This document shows, one piece after another, positions 29,856-44,739 of a stretch of 64,000 bases of DNA. Made by a program: the position numbers and the translations under genes. The notes beneath the pieces are model-generated. The model ran no database searches. It had not been told where the DNA came from and saw only the letters and a program-made list of their open reading frames with translations. The first letter of the stretch is position 1, and each line of letters starts with the position of its first letter. The stretch is from NCBI RefSeq assembly GCF_009914755.1, contig NC_060930.1. One strand, written 5' to 3'. Source of the DNA: the human T2T-CHM13v2.0 reference genome, Homo sapiens.

Positions 29856-30204
29856 TGTCTTAGTCTGATTTGTGCTGCTATAACAGAATGCCTGAGACTG
29901 GGTAAAGAATAGATATTTATTTTCTCACACTTCTGGAGGCTGGGAAGTCCTAGATCAAGATGCCAGCAGGTTGGGTTGTCTGGTGAGGGTTGCATTCTCC
30001 AGAGAATGTTGGCTGTGTCATCACATAGCAGAAGGCAGAAGGGTAAGAGACTGAATGTTTTGTGAAGCCTCTTTTATGAGGAACTTAATACCATTACTGA
30101 GGGAGCACCCCTCATGGCCTACTCATATTTTAAAGGCCTCACCTCTTAATACTATCACATTGGCAACACCTGAATTTTGAAGGGAACATATTCAAACTGT
30201 AGCA
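29856..30204 (-). mobile_element. MaLR solo LTR (MSTC/MSTD-like)
   Basis: tgtcttagtctgatttgtgctgctataacagaatgcctgagactgggtaa ... ctcttaatactatcacattgg ... attcaaactgtagca. Confidence 0.85.
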
Positions 30205-30220
30205 TTCTGTGTCAGATATA

Positions 30221-30906
30221 CTGCATTTCATCAAATCTAAGATGAAAAGCACCACCAGTAAGTACCATTAAGAAAGGAGAATGCTGCCAGTTTAACTATA
30301 TTAAAAGTTTACAATATGTTTTCCATTTAGATTTTTATTTTCAACTTACTGATAGAGTTATCTTAGGCTTATTTCTACATAGATATTTATGATTTATCAG
30401 TTGAACATACATAACAATGAAAGCAAAGCTAAGTAAATGTAAGGTAATTCTATAGGACTTTTGTAGGCAGTTTCTTCTGAATCTTTTCAATTCATGTCCA
30501 TCTATGGCCCTGTTGTCCTCACAGGTTCTCTGGCCCAGGGAGGCATTGCTAAAGTAGCACTTCAGAGAGCCCCTCTGTCATATCTGGATTTCATCCAAAC
30601 CTTTCTATGCATTTATATGCTGGAACTTTCTTGATCTCCCCAGAAGCTGTCTGCAGAAAGTTTTCAGACAGTAACTCATTCTTTTCTCAAATGGCCATTA
30701 AATGGTTTCTTGGCTCAAATGTGGGTTGCAGCTCTGCATTTGTGCCACCACGAATGGCAGCCATATTTGTGTGTTTGCACATTGTGGCAACTGTATCAAT
30801 AGCTGCCAGTCAAAATTGACTATAATTCTCCATCTCCTGTTTTCAACTCTGGTTTCATACGTGTTAAATTTGAAAATATGTGCATTCAAATCAATGAAAT
30901 TACAAG
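30221..30906 (-). mobile_element. Kanga1-like TcMar-Tc2 DNA transposon derivative with both TIRs
   Basis: TA then ctgcatttcatcaaatctaagatg at the left end and its inverted copy gtgcattcaaatcaatgaaattac at the right. The minus strand gives IRGGTNAELQP and KPFNGHLRKE, a decayed pogo/Tc2 IPGGxTxxLQPLD..NKPFK motif. Confidence 0.7.
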
Positions 30907-31444
30907 GAAATTCGGACCATCCATTTCATTTTACCAACTGTCCCTTGACTTTGATAATGATATATTAGTCATTTTGCGTGTAACTGCCTGAGACTCAGAA
31001 TAAGAATATCTTTTGATATATTTTGTAGTTGACTCTCTGCTAATATTATTCTCCAGTGGGTCTCTGACATGATTTACCCTGTGGATACACAATACATACC
31101 GGTTGTGTTTGGCTTACTGCCATTATTCTGTATTTCATGGAGCTCCCTGGCTCATGGAAAGTCTTTAAATCATTATTTAGACATATTTTATAGAATTTAG
31201 CACCTTCCCTCATGGAACAATATCAATTTTTTATTTTATTATTTTAATTTTTAATAATAATGCCTGATTATAGCGTTACCCCTTGCATTACCAATACACA
31301 CACCCACTACTGGAAGCAGAGCAGGAGTTTGTTCTCACTGCTGGTTCAGGGCAAGAAATACTATGTTTTCATTAGAATTCTAAGTGGCAGCTCAAAATTT
31401 ACTATTTGGCCTTTAAATATTAGAATTCTGTTAAAATATTTTAA

Positions 31445-31742
<298 letters not shown>

Positions 31743-31889
31743 AAATATTTTCAAGTTTTAAGATGTTTTCAGGAGCTTTTAGACTTCCATTCCTTTATGC
31801 TCAGAGTCTGTGTGGTACAGTGGAAAGGGGGTGGGGCTTTGGGACCAGGGAGAAAGTGGCCTCACACTCTTCACTACCAGGTGGCCTTC

Positions 31890-32060
31890 ATTAAAAAATA
31901 CCAAGTGCTTTCACTAGTCAAGGCAAGTTATGTACAAGTTTCATTCAATCCTTCTAGCAACCCAATAAACAATTGTTGTTACTGATCCATTTTACAGGTG
32001 AAGAAGCTAAGGCACAGAGAGTTTAAGTACCTTAGAAAATTAACTTCTGTTATCTGTGAT
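31890..32060 (-). mobile_element. MIR SINE
   Basis: tcattcaatccttctagcaaccc, ccattttacaggtgaagaagctaaggcacagagagtttaagt. Confidence 0.75.
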
Positions 32061-34139
32061 GTCCTTAGATTTATAAAACAAAGACTTGCTATATTAGCTG
32101 TAACATGCATAAAGCACACTGCACATATTTGGTGACTGAAATGGAATCTAATTTTATTACACTGGTTTTTAATTGCTTTTATCCTCCATTCCCCAAGGAG
32201 TATTAAATTGCCCTTTGAAATAGCCTTACAGATTCTAAGAGGAAAATACACTTTTTAGAATTTTAAAACTGGAATAAAAATAACTTTCTATTACACAATT
32301 TGATTCTACCTGTTTTGTCTTATGTGATTGATAATCCTCATTTTTTAAAATTAAGAAAACCAGTAGGCAGCTTCATACCAATGCCCAGGATTTCCTACTG
32401 CCTGCAAATCTTCTCCTTCATGCCTAAATTGAAGGAATTTGTACTTCACAGTGATGAAAGTCTTTTTTCAGTGGATCTTTGGGTGAGGCAAGCTAACATC
32501 GTCTATACTTTTGTGAATCAATAACCGTCTTGCTGAATGCATAACTTCTAGTAGTTCTTATCTTTATAAAACTTCCATGTCCACATTAGAAATATTCCTT
32601 TTAGAAAACGTTTGTCATTGCCCCTACCAATACAAAGAAGAGTAATATTTATACACATGTTTAAAAGAGAAGTTAATTCAATAATTTGATAGGTGTAATT
32701 AATTAAGGCATAGTTTTGGAGAAACATTACAATAATTGCCTCAAATTTTTGAGCCTGTCTGTCCTCCTTTCTTCTTTCCCTCATTCCTTTCTTTCTTTCT
32801 TTTTTTCTCTCTTTCCTTTTTGGAACCTACAACTAAATGAATTGAATATATCTCTTTTAGCCTACAAATCCTATTCATCTGCTTTTATTTTTCTATGCTT
32901 TAATATCCTTCCAAGTACATTTGAAGAATAAGTAAATATATTTTCTAAAAATCTTGGCACATTTCCTGGTTTTGAAGGCATGAGGAGAGAGTTGGCAAAA
33001 AAGTGATTTTTGAATGAAAATAAATCTATCCTTACACTTAAAATCCCCAGAGGCATCATTGATATAAACCAAAATAGCCATTTTCATAAGGAAAATAGCC
33101 AGGTTTTATGTACTTTTGATGATAGAGTGTTTTTAAAAAGGCTGTAGCAACTGAATATATATGTAAATCTAGTGTATAGTATTTCCACATCACAAACCAT
33201 AGCATAACCTAAACCAATAATTGGAAAAGAATAAACCAATGAAAGCTATATTCTAGAATCAGGTACACTATTACAAAAGTTCAGTCTACCAAAATAACAG
33301 ATCTGTTAAATGCAATTTTAGGAACAAGGCAAAGCTTCTTACTCTGCCATGCAATGGAGAGAAGTCGAAATGCATTTACAAAGCTCACTTTCCAAAGTTA
33401 TATATAGTAGAGAGAATCAAGAAGGATAAGAAAGAGCCATGCATTTAGTTTACTGTCCATCAGAAGAGGTTTCTCTCTACTTTATAAATTTTTTGAATCT
33501 TGCCTTTGAATTTTTTGACTCTAATTATTAGTTGCTTAAAAGTTATTTTGATACCATGCTATTTAGTTGTGTTGTTAGTAGAATGTTCTGTTTCTCTCTC
33601 TCGTATAATTTACCTGACTTCATAAACAGGAAATAATGTTGAGCAACTAACGTGTCATACCCATTTCCATTCCCACATCCTTGAAGAAGAGTGATCCTAA
33701 GTTACAATAAAAACATGCTCTGACTAATGCTTCTCTCTGTTCACTTTTGTAGATAGTGAGGGAGCTTTAAAAATCACATCAGTTATTAAAAATTCCATGA
33801 GAATATGTCTTTATAATAAGGGATGAATTTGTTCTTTTTGTTATTCATAAATAATCCTGAAGGATTATCTAATTGCAGAAAACAATTAATTTTCCCTTTA
33901 ATGGTTAAATTGATTATAGTAGACATGGAGAATGATAAATGTCAGTAGGTTGTAGGTCATGTTAGGTACTAAAATGCCTAAAAAACAATTTGGTGTTCAT
34001 AATCATAGGCAAATATATGGCAGGTGTTAAAAGTTGTTTGTGGGTAATAATCATTTATATTTCATACAGAACATCAAAAGTAATATCTGCGAAGTAAAAA
34101 AAAAAAACCCAATCTATATTTGTTACATATGATGAAACA

Positions 34140-34700
34140 CACTGCTTCAAAGGAAAGAAGAGTTAGACATGGGTTTGAATTTCATTCTGCCACCTAAGTC
34201 CACGTGGTCTTGGGCAAGTTACATTGCCTGCCTCAGGATAATATAAATAATTTACCTAGTTCTATGCGTAGTAAATGTTCAGTAGGTGTTAGCTATCATC
34301 ATCATAATTCATTTACATATTTGACAAATATTAAGACTGTATGATGAATCAAGTCCTGACAAATTCCTAAACAATCCAGTTTGAGAACAACTGATTGAGC
34401 AGTATGCCCTGCAGGTACTGCATTGGTCTCTGAGGGAACACAAGGAGGAATGAATAAAGGATTTACCATAAGTAAGAGGAGATAGCCATGCAGAGAACTT
34501 AATCTCTATCAAAACAGAGTGGCACCAGTGTCAAATAAATTCCTGATACATGCTTACATACTGGGAAAGTAAAGAGAAGATGTATATAACTGAGATGAAC
34601 AGTCTTAAAAGATTGGTAGGATTTTGATGAGCATAAAGGGACAAGAGTGCAAGGTGTTTTGTGGAAGAAAAGTGATTGGCCAGTGGCTTTGCAGTCTAGG
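34140..34700. mobile_element. MIR (+, about 34140-34305) followed by an L2 3' remnant (-, about 34370-34700)
   Basis: gacatgggtttgaatttcattctgccacc ... cttgggcaagttac; aacaactgattgagcagtatgccctgcaggtactg. Confidence 0.55.
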
Positions 34701-34716
34701 CTGAGGAGAAGAATAA

Positions 34717-35051
<335 letters not shown>

Positions 35052-35796
35052 AATCAGGGCCCTGCCCTGAATTCTTAAATGTTATACTTGGAGGGCATAT
35101 TTTATTTTATAGGCTGGGTATTTTCCAACTTTCTTTAGGCTTATGAATGATGCCCAACATATTTTCATGCAACAAATATGTGTGGAATCCTTACTCTGTG
35201 CCAGGCGCTGTTGTAAATGTTAGAACAAACTAGATTTAACTCCTATCATCATGGAGATTTTCTTTCTAGAGAAATATAGTGTGGGCAATTGAATGCTGGC
35301 TACTACTTTCTCCTTCACGCAGGAGGGAGTATCAAAATGCAAGTCCCTCATAATTTGATTATGATAGGAAGAGTCTAACTCATAACAATGCACACCATGC
35401 ACAAAATGTTGCTTTAAATACAGTTGTTAGCAGATTGTTAGTGCACTCAAAATCAAGGCCAACTCTTCTGAGTGTCTGGACCCCAGCACTGACAACTGCT
35501 GCTCAGGTCTTCCAGGAGGGCAGTAGTGTAACCTGAGAAAGAACCAGAGAATGTTAATGTCAAGGCCAGTCTCAAGTTCCTCTGAACACTACCATTCCAC
35601 CAGGTCAGGGACAACCTTTTCCTAAACATCCCCTGACACCTCTTACTTACTTATCAGACCTCCTCTTACGTTATAAAGGCCAAAGACATAGTTATTTCCA
35701 TTGTAAATTCACCACTGGGCTTTTCCTCTCTCATTATATCCTACCTCTCTTTGTTTTATTTGCCATTCTCATTTCTGTAATTATATTTGTCTAGAC

Positions 35797-35992
35797 TAGC
35801 ACTGTCAAATAGGACTTTCTGTAATGATGGAAATGTTCTATTCTGCGCTGGTCACTGGGGTAGCCCCTAGCTAGCCATGTGTGGACGCTGAGCATGTGCA
35901 ATGTAGCTAGTGTGACTGAGGACTAGACTTTAAAATTGTATTTCATTTTAATTAAATAGTCATGTATGGCCAGTGGTAGCATATTAGCACAG
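35797..35992 (+). mobile_element. MER3 hAT-Charlie MITE
   Basis: tagcactgtcaaataggactttctgtaatgatggaaatgttcta ... gctagtgtgactgagga ... agcacag; 8-bp TSD gtctagac / gtctagat. Confidence 0.88.
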
Positions 35993-36489
35993 GTCTAGAT
36001 GTTCATGAAAATGTCCAATTCTGTATTCTATTTCCTTGACAATATATATCTGGTGAATTCTTACATTCAGTTTATCTAGCTTTTAAAGACATAAATTTCT
36101 TTTTTGCAGCTAAACTATGATTTTTTTTTTTTAATTCTCACGTAGTTCTAGGAGCAGGAAAGTAGTAGAGAATGTCACTCTTTGTCTACACCTGACCTTG
36201 GAGTCATAGCAGCAGCCAGGAAAGAGACGCTATGTTGGGGGTAAAGCTCTGAGGTGGCTTTTTATTCTAATCTACCTCTTGACATTCTCTAGCCAAGGAA
36301 AAGAGCAGTTTTTTCTATTTTTGTCTCTTTTTCTCTTTTCTCCAAAGAGGCTGCCTAAGGTAAGAACTGCAAGAGGAAAGAGGTAGCTCTGCTTAGATAA
36401 CAGTGTACTTTAAACTGTGATGTGATCCCTCCTCACTGCTTCCTGTTGCTAATGGATGTGGGACGAAGGAGAAGGAGCAGACGTATATG

Positions 36490-37720
36490 GCTTGACAGGT
36501 GACTCCATGCATGGCACCATTCATTCCTAAATCATGTGCAAGAGAAAGAATACATTTGTAGGGCAAGGGGGATAATGGGCTCCCTTTTGGGCATGTTGAG
36601 TTTGAGGTCTTTATGTTGAGATATGTCCTTGGAAGTTACCTATATGTGTGCATCTCTGGAGAAAGATCTGTCCTGGAGATGAATGTTGGGCCAGGGTCAT
36701 TGGTATATGCTAATTAAACCACAGGAAAGGATAAGATGGCCCAGGGACAGCGGGAAGAGTGAGGAGAGGATGAGTGATGAAACATAGCCAGAGCACCAAC
36801 ATTGAAGTGATGGATGGAGGAACAGGAAGGAGCTTTGAACCAAGTAGGAGGGCAAAAACCAAGAGAAGGCAGTCACCGAGGATGAAAGGGGAGACAAGTC
36901 CAAGATAAGGAATGTTCAACAATGCCACCTGCTGTGGGACTGTCAAGGTAATGGAAGGACTGTAAAGTATCCATTAGGTTGAGCCCTATGACGTAGAAAT
37001 CAGAGACCTCAGTGAGAACGGTGTCAGAACAGGTGACAAGGGTTCGAAGGATGGGTGGAAGGTGAGGAAACAAAGATAAAAAGTATAGAGAGCTTAACTA
37101 TTTGGCTGTGAAGAGAGGGAGCTGGAATAGCTATACCTGGTGGGGCAGGAGGATGAGAGGTGGGTGGAGAGTTTGTTTTGAAAGTAGATTAGAGTATGTT
37201 TAAATACTGGTGGCAAAAAGAGGGGTTGGTAGACAGTGGATAAAGACACAGAAGGGAATGAGATCATTAAGGAGCCAGCCCTTGAAAAGGGAGGAGGTTG
37301 GGGTCTAGAGAACAGGTGGTGAGAGACACATTGACCTAGGCAGAGAGAGGGATGACTTTCAGTTTAAGATGGAAAGGATGGGCTGGACACGGTGGCTTAC
37401 ACCTGTAATCCCAGCACTTTGGGAGGCCAAGGTGGGTGGATCATCTGAGGTCAGAAGTTCGAGACCAGGCTGACCAACATGGTGAAACCCCGTCTCTACT
37501 AAAAATACAAAAATTAGCTGGGCATGGTGGTGCGCACCTGTAATCCCAGCTACTTGGCTACCTGGGAGGCTGAGGCGGGAGAATCACTTGAACCCAGGAG
37601 GTGGAGGTTGCAATGAGCTGAGATCCGCACCCCCCCACCAAAAAAAAAAAAGGAAAGGATGGGTGTGGCTGCAGATAAGTTAATAGGCTCAGGAGATGGT
37701 GGTTGAGAGAGGTCCTGTCT
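36490..37720 (-). mobile_element. L2 LINE ORF2 fragment, interrupted by an Alu
   Basis: ttttgggcatgttgagtttgagg and other L2 motifs; the track ORF 36873-37073(-) SDTVLTEVSD...LDSPTAGGIVEHSL resembles decayed L2 RT STETALxKVTND...LDLSAAFDTVDHSL. Confidence 0.75.
37381..37651 (+). mobile_element. AluS-type SINE lacking its last ~35 nt but keeping polyA and TSD
   Basis: Ends gagatccgcacccccccacc then polyA; TSD ggaaaggatg at 37371-37380 and 37652-37661. Confidence 0.92.
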
Positions 37721-39122
37721 CTGTGCCGGCTTTGCCAAAACTAATTTTATATCTAAGAGTCTATATATTCCTCAAGTGACTTTTATGTTTGAATGGGGCT
37801 AATGTAAACGTTCTCATAAAAAGCATCCCAGTCCAAGTGAGTTGTGCATTTGAAGTCGGCATGGGGCTTTAGGAAAGCCGACTTGTCCAGTCTCATCTGC
37901 AGAAGGACTTCTTAGCAGCGGTCAGTTTTGAAGCTCTAAAGTGAAGCGGAGCTTTAGGTATTTCCCCTTGACTAAAGTGAAAGCCAGAATCAAGCACAAT
38001 ACTTGTTTTGGCTTTTTCTCTCTGCCGTTTCTATTGGAAGTGCATGATTCTAATTTTGAAAACTATAAAAACGGTCCTGGAATGCTTAAGGTGCAGAGCC
38101 CTAAGCAGAGAGTGAGGCTTGGGGTTGGGTCAGCACTGTGTTCATTGGCCCAGTGTTCATGGTCAGCAGCACTTGTTTGTGAGGACAGTGGGGTCTGTAA
38201 CGTGTGCCTACCACAGTGTACAGCTCAGACGTGACCTTTGCAGGTCCTAGAAAACACATGTGTTTCAGGCACATGGAGTGTGTTGGGATCTGGGTGGCAT
38301 CAGTGTCTGAGAAAACCTTGTTATGCAAAATGAAAATATAAATAAACATTAAAAGACTTAAAGATTTCTTAAAGCAACATACCCTTTCATTAAATAAAAA
38401 CAGGACATATAAAATCCATATCTAGTTTTACACATAGACATTTCATTCTGTGAATATCTCTCTAACATGAAACTGAGCAGCTGTTTCTCCAGATGCCACA
38501 TCAGGGCTCTGAAGGGAATTGTTGCTAAATCCAATACCATAGTTAGCTAGATATCGAAAGAAATGCTACAAGATGTATCTGATCTAATCAGTAAGCCTCA
38601 ATGAACTAAAATTTAAACACACAGCATGGAATTAATGTGAGAATTTGGATTACATTCTAAACAAGTGGAATGTAATTGCTAGGCCTTTGAGCTTACCACA
38701 TTCTAATTTTTATTATTTAAAACGTATTAAGGATCCATCACAAGAAACCCTCTTTGTTTTTTCTACAATCAGTTGTCATTGTGGCAGCCAATTGTTTTGA
38801 GAGAGAAAGTACAACATTATTATTTATGAGAAAGAGCTGACACACACAATCCATATATTTAGCTGACTCTGATATGCCTGGACCAGCATATTAAATTACA
38901 TAGATAACTACTTGGAAGATAGATCTAGAAGGTTACAGGTAATTTTTAATGCAGGAACCATCAGCCCTGTACTGAAATGAGAAAATACTCATCAACTACT
39001 TTATAACCTGTTGCCATTCTGCCCCATAGAACGGTAAAATGAACAGCGGGAGAAATTTATGCTCTAGGTCTGTTGGTCTAGAATGAGTGACCTGATAAAA
39101 GGGAAAAAAGTGGAATTTTCAA

Positions 39123-39146
39123 ACACACACACACACACACACACAC
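39123..39146. repeat. (AC)12 microsatellite
   Basis: Perfect dinucleotide run. Confidence 0.95.
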
Positions 39147-39359
39147 AAAATGGCTATTTACCTTGAAGAAATTTATTAGTAAAAACAACTAGTCAATCCT
39201 CTTTGACAAATACATGATAAAGTTCTTGAGTATCTTTCCATTTCTAAAACAAGTATAAATAAAAATGTTCATTTATATTGCCAAGTTTAAGAAAGACTTT
39301 AAAATGCTCTGAAGTACTTCAGAGCATATGATTTTAGAAAAAAATATATATATAGTCTA

Positions 39360-39500
39360 CACATCTAGGAAAAATACTGGAAAGTCAAATGGCAGTGTGT
39401 TAACAATTCCTATCTCTGATTGGTGTGACTATAGGCATTTTTATTATTTTTCCTTTATTAGTGAATATCAGCATTGAGCATGTATTACTTCCATACATTA
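39360..39500 (+). mobile_element. Ancient L1ME-type 3' fragment
   Basis: aaaatactggaaag ... tgttaacaattcctatctctg ... gagcatgtattactt. Confidence 0.45.
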
Positions 39501-42500
39501 ATATATTATTAATATAACCCACTAAACAAGTAACACCCTAAGCATTTCGTAGACTGTGATGGGAGGTTCATAAACATCATTCAGATGATGTTAACCAAGC
39601 ACTTGCTTTTGTTTGTCAAAGAACTATCTTTTGCCTTTATCTTGTATTATATTGATGAGGAAATTCTTTAATCTTTGTGATTTGATCTACTGCTTCTGTC
39701 ACTCTTTGCCATGGATGCTTCTTATCCTCATGCCAAAGACCACAGCATCGGAGTACTGGACAGTGGCCACTTAGCCTGCAGCTGGCTCAGCCCATGTCCT
39801 CCCCCAGCTTCCCAAAGGCCTGGACTAGCCAGGGCTGCCCTGGCCTCACCACCATTGCCTTGGCCAGTTCCTAGCCCATAGTCCTTATTATCAGCTAATG
39901 AGGATCCGAGACAGTGCCAGCTGTAGGTGGCATTTGTTCATCTGATTCACATGGCATTTTATCAATGATGAATTAATAGGTGCATTACAATTATATACAT
40001 ATTTTGTTAGTGTAATATGCCTTCTTAGAATAAATAAATGAGGGTATGTATTGTCCTTTAGAGAGTTTCAGACCACTAATTAGATTAGCTCTGAAAGTTA
40101 GCAAAATATAACATGTGTGTTATCCATGGCAAATATGTTACCAGCTATAAAACCTTTATTAGAAAATGTGACAGAAAGGAAAGAAGGCACATGAGAGAAA
40201 AATCTGTTGATTTTGCAAAAGTAGCTGCTGGTGAAAATAGATGTTACAAACCAATGGTCCTTAATACTTCAGGATGCCTAAATGTATGAGTATACTAGAA
40301 GCATTTGGAGGATGGGAGAGAGCTCTTCTATAAATTGTACCCACTCATGTTGACTCTATGTGCTTTGTCCCCAACCTCCACTCAATGTCTCACCCACTTC
40401 CATGAGCCACTCTTACTTATGAGAGGTGTGTCGGGGCAGGCAAAAGATTGAGACCCATTAATAGTGACATAAGAATCTGGAGAATATCATGGCGCTTAGA
40501 TGGAGGATCTGTTCTGGAGAGGGGTGGAAGCGAGTGGAGGATTTTTAAACATTGACAAGTTCAAGTGAAAAGTTATAGAGATAACTCCAAATGCCACTGT
40601 AACTATTATCAGAGGGAATGGAGACAGGAAAGGATGAGGCCGGTGACATTACAGCATGAGCCCCTGCCAACAGGTTTAGTCAGAAAACATTTCCCCAAAG
40701 TCAATAACTGATCTCACCAAACAGAGTAAGAGTTTGCTCTTAAGAGCTGTGACGGGCTCAGTACTGACTCTTACGAACTCTATGTAATGGGCAAGAACTT
40801 AGTAATGGGAAGGCACCAGAGGACTCCTGTTTAGAAGGTGCATTAACTCTCTTAGGCCACTAGGAATTTATTTAATAAATTGCTATTCTAGCATAGGAAA
40901 TCACCCCTTCATGGCCTGAGAGAAAAGTGTTCCATAGAGTAGCAATTTACTCCCCTCTTGGCAGGAGGAACAAGCCCCATATACAATATTAAAAACCAGC
41001 CATTTCTTCATCATTTAAAAAAGAATTCTGAGTTTTGGTCTTTAATTACTTGCATACAAATTCTATTTGATGGATTTCTAAAGAACTTTGATTTTCTTAA
41101 GACCTCGTGCCATTTCACTTTTGAGAGAGAGAATATATACATACATTCACACCGTGAAGGCTAAAAACAGCTGGTGAAAAAGTAAAAATTCAGTGTTGAC
41201 ATAAATCCTGTTGAAAGCATCTCAAAAAAGATAAAGGTTGTAATTTAAATCAAAGTTTCTTCATGTCGCAGTTCAGAGCAACATGGTCATGACAGAAAAA
41301 AATGGGTCACATCAAAGAATAAGGGGGTGAGTTTTAGTTGGGAGCTGAGATAGCAGTCTTCCTCAAGGATGGCCATTGTAGGGCGCCATGATTAATTAAG
41401 GTATCTGCCAGTCATCTGGGCTTCAATCATCACTTTGGAAAGGGCAGAAAGCCCCAATATTTACATAGGGATCATACGCTCATATTCACAGTGCTGCTGC
41501 TGCTTCTCTTGGCAGCCTGTGACTTGCTGGCAAAATGTCTTCAATTACGGGCAAACTGCCTAGTCTCATATCATCACAAACCAATTTGTCAGGGTGTGTG
41601 TATTTGGAAAGCTCTGGAAACAGAAATATTTTACTTATTTTAAGAGACTGGGGAGAAACCCTAGTACACATACATTCAAAAAATACCAAGTCTTACGAAA
41701 TTTTACCCTTAGGTAAATATGCTTGTGCCCTCCACAAGGGAAAAAAAAGTAGAAATATCTATGTTGATGTTCATGTGAAACAGCTCTATGGATATTTACG
41801 GAGAAATTGTGGAATGGAGAGGCTAAAATCTCTCCACCTGGACTCCACATTTAAACTAATCAACGTTACCACGGTTTTTCTTTAAATAAGTCCATATTGT
41901 CTAGATATTTTTAATCACTATTTCTTCAATACTCTGTGATAATTGTGGGAGTTAAAGTATTAGATATAATAATTTATATTTTAAATAACAAAAAGATATA
42001 AATAATATAAAGATAAATAAATGACACATGGGATATGGAAAAGCGCCTACGGTAGCCAAAATAAAATAAAGTAAAAGACAATTACTGAAATAAAACTCCA
42101 AATGAGGAAATCTATTAGCATTCTTCCAGTTTTCTTTCTTCTCACTTTTCTCTTTCTCTGATATGTTATAAAATAAAATTTCAGAATTATGAGAACTAAT
42201 AAACAATTATTTGTACATAAATTATATTAACACTAATTCCATTGTTCCTCATCTACAGTTTTATATATGATATTTTAAGCTTTGAAAAATATCTGCTTGC
42301 TTGCAGAGTTGATTGTACAGTGAATATCAACAAAATGAATGTTATTTTCCTGTTAGATTTAGTTTTGGGGTTTGAGTATTTATTTATTTGTGTGTTTACT
42401 TGTTTAATTCATATCTTTCCTGCTTGATTGTAAGTTTCCAGAGGGTAAGGACCATGTCTTTCTCATCACTATATTCTCAGCACCTAGAGCAATTGTAATT

Positions 42501-42530
42501 CCTGCTAAAAATATTTTTTCAATGACTATT

Positions 42531-42840
42531 TTTGTTTGTTTGTTTGTTTTTTGCTTTTTGAGATGGAGTTTCACGCTGTTGTCCAGGCTGGGGTACAGTG
42601 ACGTGATGGCTGCTCACTGCAACCTCTGTCTCCCAGGTTCAAGTGGTTCTCCTATCTCAGCCTCCCCAGTAGCTGGGATTATAGGCATGTGCCACTGTGC
42701 CGGCTAATTTTTGTATTTTTAGTAGAGATAGGATTTCATCATGACAGCCAGGTTGGTCTCAAACTCCTGACCTCAAGTGATCCGCCTGCCTTGATCTCCC
42801 AATGTGCTGGCATTACAGGCATGAGCCACTGCTCCCGGCC
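42531..42840 (-). mobile_element. AluS-type SINE
   Basis: Antisense dimer with (TTTG)n tail; TSD ttttcaatgactatt. Confidence 0.93.
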
Positions 42841-43566
42841 CTTTTCAATGACTATTGATGCTGTTCTAGAAAAATATCATCTGGTATAAAAAATTGAAAA
42901 TTTTGTAAAATAGATAATTTCAGTTGAGAGATCATCTACTCCCATGTTATAATGGCTATATTAATATGCCAACAGGGATATGCTTTTCTGGCTGGTGAAT
43001 TTACTATAGAGTTACTTTTTCTCCTGCAGCAGTTTCAAGACTTGGTAGGACTTTTCGTCTTCTGGGCTCTCCCTTTGACTATTTGACGTAGTTTGTTCTT
43101 CCCAGTCTACCAGAGCAATCACTTATTTTGTTAAGTTCCTAGAACTTAACCTCCTTTCTCTATTTCATGTCTAAGTTTATAATAACAAATAGAGCTGAAC
43201 TGTGAGGATTTATTTTTCTGAAGTATGTTCTACAACTTGGAAACTTTCAGTGTTTGAAGCTTTGCATTTTTCAAAATATGTCGTGGATCTACTGTTTCAA
43301 CTTTTTAAATTTAGCTCTCTATACATAGATTTCTTTGAAGGAGATATGTGTGTGCTCCTAGGGTTTATAAATGAAAGCAAATAAATTAAGGGGAAACAAG
43401 CAATAATGTCAGGCAGTTGAAGGCTAAGGAACAAAGTCCAGGGTACAGTCACTTAAATCTCCCTCATTCATTCTCAAAAGGAGTTATTATAAGCTAATTA
43501 ACAAATCTCGGTGGGAACTTGAAACATAGATGCATATCTTAATTTGTTTTCAAATAGTTTAATTAA

Positions 43567-43942
<376 letters not shown>

Positions 43943-44268
43943 TGAATCATTTCAGTTCCCCAAATAAAATGTGTTTTTTTTTACTCTGTGATGCAATTTT
44001 GAAATAGCTTTTGGAAGATCACTACTATAACAGTTTGCTTATCAAGACGTTATACCAGGCTTACTTATTATAAGGATCACTTAACTTACGGAAACTGGTA
44101 CTGGGTTGTTTTCCCCATCCATCTTTTTACTAATTTTCAATTCATGTATTGAGTACTCAAGTACTCAGTACTTCAATTCGTGAAATACGGTTATGATTTC
44201 ATGTTACAGACAGCCTTGCTGGGGGACTATACCTTCTGGTTTATGCCTGTGGTCCTGGCATTATTATT

Positions 44269-44613
<345 letters not shown>

Positions 44614-44739
44614 TAATTTATATGTTAGTCCATCTATAGGGACTTTTAAAACACCCTCCACATATTTTCCCCACTTCTCTCCACCTCTGATTCTCACAGA
44701 CCAATCCTGTCTTTCTCAAATGTGCCACAGAGACAAATC

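Noticed and set aside
30650-30900. Stretch that first looked like a conserved non-coding enhancer, with overlapping ORFs
   Set aside because: It is better explained as the transposase remnant and TIR of a Kanga/Tc2 element.
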